DNA of 64,000 bases from Cyanophora paradoxa CCMP329 (lineage: Eukaryota > Plantae > Glaucophyta). Positions 25,801-35,503 of the stretch are shown here, one piece after another. The stretch is from NCBI GenBank assembly GCA_004431415.1, contig QPMI01000647.1, positions 97,888 to 161,887 on the forward strand, given 5' to 3'. A model generated the notes under the pieces. The model saw only the letters and a list, made by a program, of their open reading frames with translations. It was not told the DNA's origin and ran no database searches. The position numbers and the translations under genes are program-made. Positions within the stretch are counted from its first letter, which is position 1, and every line of letters begins with the position of its first letter.

Positions 25801-27318
25801 CCGTTCTCCGCCATCAGCTGCGCGCCCGGGGGGAGTCAGGCCTCATTTTTGAGATCTAAGAGGCATACAAAAACTTATATTTAGATGGGGTGGGGGGGGG
25901 GGGGGGCGAGGAGGGGGTGGGGTGGGGTGGGTGGGTGGGGGGGGGGGGGGGGCAGGGCAGGGCAGCCTCTTCTTTCTAGAAGCTAAGGGAGTGGCGGGGG
26001 GGGGGGGGGGGGGTGGGGGGGGGATGGGGGGGTCCGGGGGGGCTGGGGCGCACCCTGTTGAAGTGCGGGAGTACACTCATGGATGCTTGGTGGAGGTCGG
26101 CTCGGACCTCGATGCCGACCGCGCGGCAGCCCACCAGCGCCGCCACCTGCGCGCGTACGCAGTGTCAGGGAAGAAGCAGAGTCGCGGCTCCATCCGTCGA
26201 GTCACCTGGAAGACGACGTTGCCCCAGCCGCAGCCGATGTCGAGGAAGACGTCGTCCTTCGTCAGCTTGAGCTCCTTGATGATCTGCCGGCGGCGCGGTT
26301 GGCGGACAGCGGGCGGGGGACGCGGGCGGCAGAGTACTAGTCCGCTGCGGGCTCGCACGTCGACGCACGATGCGGACGAAGGGCGAGAGGACCTCGCCGT
26401 AGACCTCCCTCGAGAACGGCGTGTACTGCTTGACGATGCTCCCGTCCCAGTTCGCCAGGCGGTCCTGCGCCAGGGAAGACAGGCGGGGGGAAGGGGGTGG
26501 GGAAGCGGGGGGGGAGCGGATCAGGGACCGCGGGCCGAGCGGCGCGAACGCGGACGAGGGGGGCGCACGGCCTCGCTCATCAGCGCCTCGAGCTGAGTCG
26601 GCCGGGCGTAGGGCGCGCTGGGAGGGGCTCAGCGCGCGGGGGCGAGGGTGGGGGCGATCGCGAGCAGCCAAGGCGCGCGGGCGGCGCACCGGCCCCAGGC
26701 GCAGCCGTGGGGGAGCTTGGCTGATCGGATGTGGACCTTGGGCGGCTCTGGGGAAGGGGCCCGGCCCGGGGCCGAGCCCCAGCCGAGGGCGCGCTTCTTG
26801 GGGGCCGAGGAGTCGGGTCCGGATCCGGCGGAGGAGCCGGCGGGCGGGTCCGCGCCCTCCTCCTCCTCCCCGTCCTCCGTCTCGCTGCCCGACTCGTCCG
26901 CGTCGCGATCGTCGAGCTCCTCATCCGCGTATCCCTTCCACGACCTCCGCTTCTGCCGCTCGCTCGGCCCCCCCTCCGCTTCGCTCTCGCTGGCCGTGGA
27001 CTGCTCCTCGGCCTGCTCCTCGGCCCTACGCCGCCTCCGGTGCGGCGCTGCGGCCATCGGGGACGTCGCTACGCCCGAGCGCTCGAGCGTTGGGGCCAAG
27101 GTCCGGCGATGAGCCTTCCGAACGCGGAAGTCCGGGCTGCAGCTGACGGAGCGCGACGAACGGCGCGGGCCGCCCGACGGCGAGCGCGGAGCGTCCGGCT
27201 TCGGCTGCAAGCGCAAGGACGATCGGCCGCGGCTGCTATGAGGCGACTGTGGCTGCGCCCCCCGCGCCAGCTGTCTCGGCCGCAGCGTTGGCGTGTGAGC
27301 TCGACCGGTCTTCTCCAT
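22830..27318 (-). CDS. DOT1: DOT1-family histone H3K79 methyltransferase, copy A, with an acidic linker and SAM-like C-terminal extension
   Basis: Exons: YTPFSREVYGEVLSPFVRI; IIKELKLTKDDVFLDIGCGWGNVVFQ (motif I); VAALVGCRAVGIEVRADL; ECEFHCGDAS; YSKIFMANLAFPEELSQKILDRF; GVVSWTAKRM|EGFVYVVDR. Phase-compatible GT-AG splicing continues into EPSEPSEDG..., DVLSLGHEGVWAYLEATL, RDVEVLRGLQLDARSLLRCSAADLCR, TPTCARRLVRSL and ...PKPELDA* (stop ~22830). The catalytic domain is confident; the C-terminal joining is moderately confident. Confidence 0.85.
23230..23815. repeat. Intronic mosaic duplications containing copies of the adjacent exon end
   Basis: cctgcagaggtcggcggcggagcagcggaggagg occurs at ~23356, ~23637 and ~23776 (the last is the exon). 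The block gagaagtagccta..aatggcata..tgtatataggatggcgag..gatagcctgactttaagatctaagagg occurs at ~23249 and ~23670. Confidence 0.85.
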
Positions 27319-28260
27319 GGTCAGCGGCGAGGGCGGTACGTCGGGCTTCGGCTGTGATGATGATCAGCTGATAAAGAGCGCATGCGAGCGGGCGACGTAC
27401 CGCGCGCAGCGGCAGCTGCGCTGCAGCTGGACACGTACATGTACACGTACATGAGGTGACCGCAGTCGCGGCTGCCCCGCGACTCGTCCTGGCATGGCGG
27501 AGAACGCGCCGATCGGCAGCGATCGCGGTCTAGATCTTGTTTAGCTCTGCGTCGGGGCGCTGTCAATTGCAAGTGCGATCGATGGCCATGCGAGCGCAGC
27601 GGCGCGTCCCCGAGGCGTGCATACGCACCTTGTCCTTCGACAAGCCCGCCCCTCGGTCGTGCAGAAGCTAGGCGCCCGGCACGGATCGCGGGCATGCGAG
27701 GTCGTGCGCCCGACCGCAAGCTTGGTTGACTGCTTCAAGACTAGAGTCTGTCAAGCGTGCTGCGGGGTTGCAGATCTCTCCGGATCCCCGGCGCGCGGCC
27801 GGCGCCGCGGAGTTCAAGCCCACCAGAGGGGTATAGGCGCATGACCACTTCGTTCGCCGGCCGACGTCGACCCAGTTGCAATTGCACCGCGGCGCACTGC
27901 GGCAGCGCGCGCGCGCCTCAGGGCCCATGATGCTGTGGCCCTGCTGCTCCCCGTCCCACCTCGCGGCCGCGCGCCTCGGGCGCTGCAGCACTAGCTCTAG
28001 CACAGCGCTAGCGTGCATCTAGGCTTAGCTAATTGGGCCCGAGGTAGCGAGCCTCGGAGGAGGAGGAGGAGGGGGAAGAAGAAGAGGGGGGTGGAGGTGC
28101 TAAAAAAAAGGCAGAGCGGGGCCGGAGATGATCATGAGGGCCCCGGGAGGCCGGGAGGGGACGAGGGCCGGGGGCGGAAGGGCCCGGGGGCGAGGGCTGG
28201 GGGCGGGGAGCGGGGGGTGGGAGCGGAGAAGGAGGGAGGGGGACAGACGCCGCCGGCGCG

Positions 28261-31200
28261 CTAGCCGCCCGCCTGCGCCGCCGCCTGCGCCGGCCCCGCC
28301 GCGCCGGCCGCCGTCCACGGCCAGTTGCGCTGCACGACGTACACGAAGCCGTCCTGAACGAGACGCGTGGTCAGAATTGAGATTTGAAATCCCAGCTATC
28401 GATAAGATTGAATTTGAAATCAGAAAGCTTGAGATTAGATTCTGTAGTTAGCAAACGGGAGGGCTAGCTCAAGCCTACCATGTCCGTTGCGGTCCAGCTG
28501 ACGACTCTCCCGCGGGCGCGCGTCCGGACCTGGCGGCAGGGCCAGCGGAAGATCTGCAGCGGCGAGTCCGCCTGCGCGCGGGCGGGCGAGAGTGAGGGAG
28601 CACGGGGGACGAGTGAGGAGGAGGAGAGGGAGGGGGGGGAGGGAAGGGGAGGGGGGTACGGGCGCACGTAGAACCCCGACGTCGGCCTGTACTTCTTGTC
28701 GAGGTGCCGGAGGGTGAAGAGCTGCGAGGGGGGCGAGAGTCAAAATCCGGTACCGGTGTCAGGGCTGAATCTCGGAAGGGAGAAGAGGAGAAAAGACGGC
28801 CCGGCCCGGCTGGCCGCCCGCGGCCGACGCCACGGCTCCTAGTTCCACGCTTATGGTCGAGGCCGGGCCCGGCCCCGGGGCCAGGTCGGGAGCACGCGAG
28901 GTTCCCAAGAGGGCTTCTAAGGTCCAACTATGTGAAGGCCGGGGCCGGGGCCGGGAACGGGGGGGGGGAGCAGGGGGGTACCATGGAGCCGTCGGCGAGG
29001 GTCGCCTCGAAGCTGCGCTGGAGCTTCTGGGAGGTCTCCTCCGGGAAGAGCAGGTTGTTCATCAGGATCTTCGTGTACCTGGGGGGTACGTCGATTTCGT
29101 TCATCAGGGAAGTGGTGGGAGGGGGGGGGGGGGTACGGGGGCGCGCCTCTCGAAGGACCAGTCCTCAGCGTCCCCGCAGTGGAACTCGCACTCGCCCGCC
29201 TCGATCCCGTTCTCCGCCATCAGCTGCGCGCCCGGGGGCGGTCGGCTGCAGCGACAGCGCAGCGGGCCGGGGTTGGAGCTGGGGGTGTGGGGGGGGGGGG
29301 GGGGGGGGGCGGGGAGCGCAAAGACCTACATTAAGATGGGGCGAGGCGGGGCGGGGCGGGCGGGACGGCATCCTCTTCTTCTAATGGCTTAACTACGACC
29401 CCGCAGCGGTGCCGGGCGAGCGAGCGCACCCTGTTGAAGTGGGGCAGGAACTTTTTGGAGACGTCGTGGAGGTCCCGGCGGAGCTCGACGCCGACCGCGC
29501 GGCAGCCCACCAGCGCCGCCACCTGCACGCCACTGTATCAGGGAAGAAGCAGAGGCGCGGCTTCATCGAGTCACCTGAAAGACGACGTTGCCCCAGCCGC
29601 AGCCGATGTCGAGGAAGACGTCGTCCTTCGTCAGCTTGAGCTCCTTGATGATCTGCCGGCGGCATCGTCATCGCACAGCAGCGCGCGGCGAGCGGCGGCC
29701 CCGGCGCCCGCGGCGGGCTCGGACGCACGATGCGGACGAAGGGGGAGAGGACCTCTCCGAACGTGTCCTTGGAGAAGGCCGTGTAGCGCTTGGCGATGCT
29801 CCCGTCCCACAGGCGGTCCTGCGGAGGAGAAGAACTCAGGTGAGGCTCAGGTGTGCTCAGGTGAGCCGCAGGGCGCACGGCCTCGCTGATCAGGGCCTTC
29901 AGCTGAGTCGGCCGCGCGTAGGGCGCGCTGGGAGGGGCTCAGCGGGGGCGTGGGTGGGGGCAAGGGTGGGGCGAGCAGCTGCAGTTGAGGCGCGCGGCGC
30001 ACCGGCCCCAGGCGCAGCCGTGGGAGAGCTTGGCGGATCGAATGTGGACCTTGGGTGGCTCCGGGGAAGGGGCCCGGCCCGAGCCCGAGCCGAGGGCGCG
30101 CTTCTTGGGTGCAGACGAGTCGGATCCGGCGGAGGAGCCGGCGGGCGGGTCCGCGCCCTCCTCCTCCCCGTCCTCCGTCTCAGCGCCGGACTCATCTGAG
30201 TCGAGCTCCCCGGGCCCCTCGACCTCCGGGTTCGACTCCGGCGCTTTCCTCTTCCGCCGGCGCCTCCCGACGCTGGACGACGAGGCCCGCCTTGGCTTCT
30301 TCTGCTTCGGCCGCTCCTCTTCGTCCGCCTGCTTCGCCTCCTGTTCACCCTCGCTGCAGCTGGCCCGCTCCTCTTCCAGCCGCTTCCGCCCGCGGCCTCC
30401 GGACACCTTGACGCCCGTCTGCGCCGCTTGCCGCGTCCGCCCACGGCCGGCAGCGCTATTGGCAATCTTGACGCCCGTCTGCGCCGCCGGCCGCTTCCGC
30501 CCACGGCCGGCAGCGCTATTGGCAATCTTGATGCCCGTCTGCGCCGCCGGCCGCTTCCGCCCACGGCCGGCAGCGCTATTGGCAATCTTGACGCCCGTCT
30601 GCGCCGCCGGCCGCTTCCGCCCGCGCCTCGCCGCGATCTTGACGCCCGCCGACGCCGCTTGCCGCGTCCGCCCGCGCCCCGCCGCGATCTTGACGCCCGC
30701 CGACGCCGCTTGCCGCGTCCGCCCGCGCCCCCCCGCGATCTTGACGCCCGCCGACGCCGCTTGCCGCGTCCGCCCGCGCCCCGCCGCGATCTTGACGCCC
30801 GCCGACGCCGCTTGCCGCGTCCGCCCGCGCCCCCCCGCGATCTTGACGCCCGCCGATGCCGCTTGCCGCGTCCGCCCGCGCCCCCCCGCGATCTTGACGC
30901 CCGCCGACGCCGCTTGCCGCGTCCGCCCACGCCCCGCCGCGATCTTGACGCCCACCGACGCCGCTTGCCGCGTCCGCCCGCGCCCCGCCGCGATCTTGAC
31001 GCCCGCCGACGCCGCTTGCCGCGTCCGCCCGCGCCCCGCCGCGATCTTGACGCCCGCCGATGCCGCTTGCCGCGTCCGCCCGCGCCCCCCCGCGATCTTG
31101 ACGCCCGCCGACGCCGCTTGCCGCGTCCGCCCACGCCTTGCCGCGATCTTGACGCCCACCGACGCCGCTTGCCGCGTCCGCCCACGCCTTGCCGCAATCT

Positions 31201-33774
31201 TGACGCCCGCCGACGCCGCAAGCCGCGTCCGCCGCTTGACGCCCACCTGCGCCGCCAGCCGCTTTTGCCGCCGCCCTGTGGCAATCTTGACGCCCGCCGG
31301 CGGCGCAGGCCGCGTCCGGCCCCGCCCCGTAGCAATCTTGACGCCCGCCGGCGCTCCAAGCCGCTTTCGCCTGCGGGGCCCCGGGGTTTCGACGTCCTCC
31401 TGTGCCGCCAGCCGCGTCCACCTGCGCCCCGCGGCGACCTTGACGACCGCCTGCGCCGCCGGCCGCTTCTGTCCGCGGCCTCCAGCTATCTTGACGCCTG
31501 CCGACGCCGCCAGCCGCGTCCGCCGCTTCACGCCCGCCGGCGCCGCCAGCCGCTTTTGCCCCCGCCCCGTGGCAATCTTGACGCCCGCCGCCGTCGCCGG
31601 CCGCGTCCGGCCCCGCCCCGCGGCAATCTTGACGCCGGTCTGCGCCGCCGGCCGCTTCCGCCCGCGGCCGGTTGCGGAAATCGTGACGCCTGCCGGTTCC
31701 CCCAGCGGGCTCCACCCGCGGCCCGCTGTGATCCCGATGCTCGCCGACGCCTCCGGCGGGGCTATGATCTCGATGCCCGCTGGCTCCTCCGGCGGGCTCT
31801 GCTCGCCGTTCTCCGAGGTTTCAGCGGCCGCCTCCTCCTCCGGCCGCCGCCGGCTCCGCCCGCCGTCCGTGGCGAGGGCCGCGGGGTGCTCGTACCCGTA
31901 CCACGTTGGCGGGATGAGTCTCGCAAGCTCTCTGCTGGCCCCGCTCTTGCGCTGGTACTTCGCCTTCGATGCCGCCGCGCTAGAGGATTCCGCTGCGATC
32001 TCGATGCCCGCCTGTTCTTCCGGCCGCTTCCGCCTGCGGCCGGCAGGGATCTTGACGCCCCCCCGTGTCGTCGGCCGCTTCCGCCCGCGCCCCGCGGCGA
32101 TCTTGATGCTCGCCGACGCCACTTTCCGCGTCCGCCCGCGCCGCTTGGCGATCTTGCCGACCGACGTCGCCGCCAGCCGCTTACGCCGGCGGCTGGCAGC
32201 GATCTCGATGTCTGCCGGCCACTCCGGCGGGGCTGGGATCTCGATGCCCGCCGGCTCCTCCGGCGGGCTCTGCCCGCCGCTCTCCGAGATCGCAGCGGCC
32301 GCCTCCTCCTCCGGCCGCCGCCGGCTCCGCCCGCCGTCCGTGGCGAGGGCCGCGGGGTGCTCGTACCCGTACCACGTCGGCGGGATGAGTCTCGCAAGCT
32401 CTCTGCTGGCCCCGCTCTTGCGCTGGTACTTCCCCTTCGATGCCGCCGCGCTAGAGGATTCCGCTGCGATCTCGATGCCCGCCTGTTCTTCCGGCCGCTT
32501 CCGCCTGCGGCCGGCGGCGATCTTGACGCCCGCAGTCGCCGCCAGCCGCTTGCGCCCGCGCCCCTTGGCGATCTTGCCGGCCGACGTCGCCGCCAGCCGC
32601 TTACGCCGGCGGCCGGCAGCGATTTCGATGTCTGCCGGCTCTTCCGGCGGGGCTGGGATCTCGATGCCCGCCGGCTCCTCCGGCGGGCTCTGCCCGCCGT
32701 TCTCCGAGCTTTCAGCGGCCGCCTCCCCCTCCCGCCGCCGCCGGCTCCGCCCGCCGTCCGTGGCGAGGGCCGCGGGGTGCTCGTACCCGTACCACGTCGG
32801 CGGGATGAGTCTCGCAAGCTCTCTGCTGGCCCCGCTCTTGCGCTGGTACTTCGCCTTCGATGCCGCCGCGCTAGAGGATTCCGCTGCGATCTCGATGCCC
32901 GCCTGTTCTTCCGGCCGCTTCCGCCTGCGGCCGGCGGCGATCTTGACGCCCGCAGTCGCCGCCAGCCGCTTCCGCCCGCGCCCCGCGGCGATCTTGACAA
33001 CCGCTGACGCCACTTGCCGCGTCCGCCCGCGCCCCGCGGTGACTTTTAAGCCGCCCGAAGCTGCCGGCCGCTTCCGCCCGCGCCCCTTGGCGATCGTGAC
33101 GACCTCCTTCGCCGCCAGCTGCTTACGCCGGCGGCTGGCAGCGATCTCGATGCCCACTGGCTCCTCCGGCGGGCTCTGCTCGCTGTTCTCCGAGCTTTCA
33201 GCGGCCGCCTCCTCCTCCGACCGCCGCCGGCTCCGCCGGCGGTCCGTGGCGAGGGCCGCGGGGTGCTCGTACCCGTACCACGACGGGGGGAAAAGCAGTG
33301 CCAGCTCCCCGCCGGCCCTGCTCTTCCGCTTCTTCTTCGCCGTTGTTGATGCTGCCGCGTCTGAGGATTCCGCCGCGGTCGCTGGGGGCTGAGGCTGTGG
33401 CGCCGCGGCCGCCGTGAAGGACGAGCCGGCGGCGGCCGCGGCGGCCGCGGCGGATGCAGCAGCGCGCGTGGAAGGCCCCGCGACGGGCTGCGCCGTGCTC
33501 GAGCTCGAGCTGGAGGCGTGCGGCTCCGCTTTTCCCGCGGCTGAAGGCCGCCGGGCGCTCGTGGGGGCCGCTGCGCGCGCTCGGCGGTCAGAATTTGATC
33601 CGCGAGTGCGAGCCGGCCGGGCAGCGAACCATTGTCGCCCGCGCAAGAGGGAGAAGAAGGCGGCGCAGCCGTATTCAGCATCTCCTCGTGCGCTTGCCGC
33701 GGCTGCGGCTCGTCCCCCAGCGGCAGCTGCCGCTGTCTCGGCCGCAGCGTTGGCGTTCGAGCAGTCTTCTCCAT
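28261..33774 (-). CDS. DOT1: DOT1-family histone H3K79 methyltransferase, copy B, with a very long basic repetitive N-terminus
   Basis: ATG 33774 (MEKTARTPTLRPRQ, paralogous to MEKTGRAHTPTLRPRQ at 27318), a GT-AG intron ~33630-33571, a ~3.5 kb repeat exon, then YTAFSKDTFGEVLSPFVRI, IIKELKLTKDDVFLDIGCGWGNVVFQ, VAALVGCRAVGVELRRDL, ECEFHCGDAE, YTKILMNNLLFPEE, VVSWTATDM|DGFVYVVQRNW...AGG* (stop 28261-28263). Confidence 0.9.
30410..31240 (-). repeat. Coding minisatellites: about 12 x 51 bp (AGRGRTRQAASAGVKIA) and 3 x 60 bp (GRGRKRPAAQTGVKIANSAA)
   Basis: The unit ccgcgatcttgacgcccgccgacgccgcttgccgcgtccgcccgcgccccg recurs every 51 nt from 30631 to ~31230. A 60-nt unit occurs at ~30420, 30480 and 30540. 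Confidence 0.95.
31760..33310 (-). repeat. Higher-order coding repeat: four units of about 420-490 bp, each with an ELAxLxPPxWYGYEHPAALATD motif
   Basis: tccgtggcgagggccgcggggtgctcgtacccgtacca occurs at ~31866, ~32337, ~32757 and ~33243. Confidence 0.95.
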
Positions 33775-34429
33775 GCTCAGCGGCGAGCGCGGAACGTCGG
33801 GCTTCGGGTGCGATGAGATCAGTTGATGCAGAGAGCAAGCGAGCGGTCACGCACCGAGCGAAGCGGCGGCTGCGACGGCGGCTGCAGTTTTGGCGGCTGC
33901 CCCGCGGCTCGTCCCCGCATGGCGATCGCTTGCCGTGCGGCGGCCTGGAAGCATAGCGCTTGCTCAACGCTAGCTAAGCGGAGAGCGCATCGAGGTCCGC
34001 GTACCTAGGAGCCGCGGAGAGCCGCCGATCGGCAGTGACCAAGCGCTAGCCGTGCTCTGCGTTGGTACGCCTGGACGGCGCGGCGTCAAGTGCAATCGAA
34101 AGCGGCAGCACGAGCGCGCCAACGAGGGGCATAAGCGGACCTTGGCTGGTGACGGAAGCACGCGGGGGCGTGCGCGACGTGGGCGTGGGGCTCAAAGCGT
34201 GCCCAAGACCTTCGGAAGTCGCGCGGGGCCCCTGGCTGCTAGGACAACTGGTGCGGGGTACGAGGCGCCGAGCCCGGCCGGGTACAGTAGACGAACTCGG
34301 TGCCGACGTCGCGGGTCGGGGTACGGAAGCAGAACAGACGTCGGCCTTCGCGTTGCGACCAGTCAGCGGAGACAGCGGAGACAGGCTAAGAAAGCACACA
34401 AAGCGCACGAGAAGCCAGTTTTCTCATGG

Positions 34430-35053
34430 TCTGATTGATCATCGACGGTACGCGCGAGGCGCACGCGTGCGTCTCCGGCCGCGCGCACTCACTTCCTCCA
34501 CCCGCGCAGCCTGCAAGTGGGTGGCAGGCAAGATCTCGGGGTGCGCGGCCCTGCATCGGCATGGGGTTATCGCGCGTGGCGCGTGACGCTGGGTGCGCAG
34601 GAAGCCGTCGGAGCGGGAGGGGTGCATCCTGGCGCCCCCGCGCCGCAATCAGGACAGCATGCATCAGTATGTCGAGAACCCAGACAAGGCGGGCCACTAC
34701 GGAGGCTATGGAGGTTACGGGCAGGGCAATCCCGGCCAGGACCTGACCTCGTCCCCGTACGGCGGCACCGTGCGCCGCCTCCGATTGTTTGAGCCCTTTT
34801 CGCATGCTCACATGGATCTTTGCAGAGCCAGCGGCCTTCGCGGAAGAAGCAGTCGGGTATATCTGACTACGGCGACACGGGGCAGTAGGCTCCAACTTTC
34901 TGGTGCGCGCGCTCGGACTGACGCTGCCATTCGGATCGGACTCTGACCGCGCCGCGCACCCGCAGAGCCGGGCGCGCCCCGCGCTGCGCTGGGGCGGCGG
35001 GACCGACGAGCGGGCACGCAGAATGACGGACAGCGCAGCAAAGGCGTCCTCTA
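34430..35053 (+). CDS. Possible small spliced gene of unknown function (Gly/Tyr-rich segment)
   Basis: The exon-like segment KPSEREGCILAPPRRNQDSMHQYVENPDKAGHYGGYGGYGQGNPGQDLTSSPYGGT is flanked by gcag/gtgcg splice-like sites. No clear start codon or known homology was found. Confidence 0.3.
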
Positions 35054-35503
35054 ACACGACCGGCGCTGCCCCGAGACCTGTGCTCTGCTCGCGCGGACCT
35101 TCCGCTTCGCAGCCAGCGTGTGCGGGCTTGCGTTCGAGCTATGTACTAATAGCTTAAGTTTATGGATACGTAGCGATTAAGAACAAATGACATGATTTCG
35201 AAAAAGCTGCGAACGAGAGCTTGGGGAGCTCAGCGGCTGAAGTGTACGCCCGAAGCGAGCCCAGAAGCAGATCCACAGTCCCGAACGGATTCGAATTCGA
35301 CTTCGAATTCTAAGCCTTGAAACCTAGCTATATATAGACCTTTCGCCCAACGTTAACGCAGTCGACGTCCACCTCAGCCCAAGCCTAGGCCCCTAGGCCT
35401 CGAGTCTCTATGAACCCCCCGGAATCGAAAGTTTACGAACGACAGCCTTCTCCTTGTTGCGGGGTACGCTACCGGAGACTTCTCATTGTTACGGGGTACG
35501 ACC

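Noticed and set aside
30631-31240. Regular repeat array as a possible CRISPR
   Set aside because: The units are contiguous with no unique spacers, lie in frame in a eukaryotic exon, and there are no cas genes.
29985-33392. Very long + strand ORFs (1135 aa, 859 aa) and alternate - frames over the repeat region
   Set aside because: These are shadow frames of a GC-rich coding repeat whose unit lengths are multiples of three. Only the - frame continuous with the DOT1 exons is supported.
34425-34450. ATG GTC TGA in frame with a downstream exon-like segment as a possible selenocysteine codon
   Set aside because: No redox motif, homology or identifiable SECIS element, and the gene model itself is weak.
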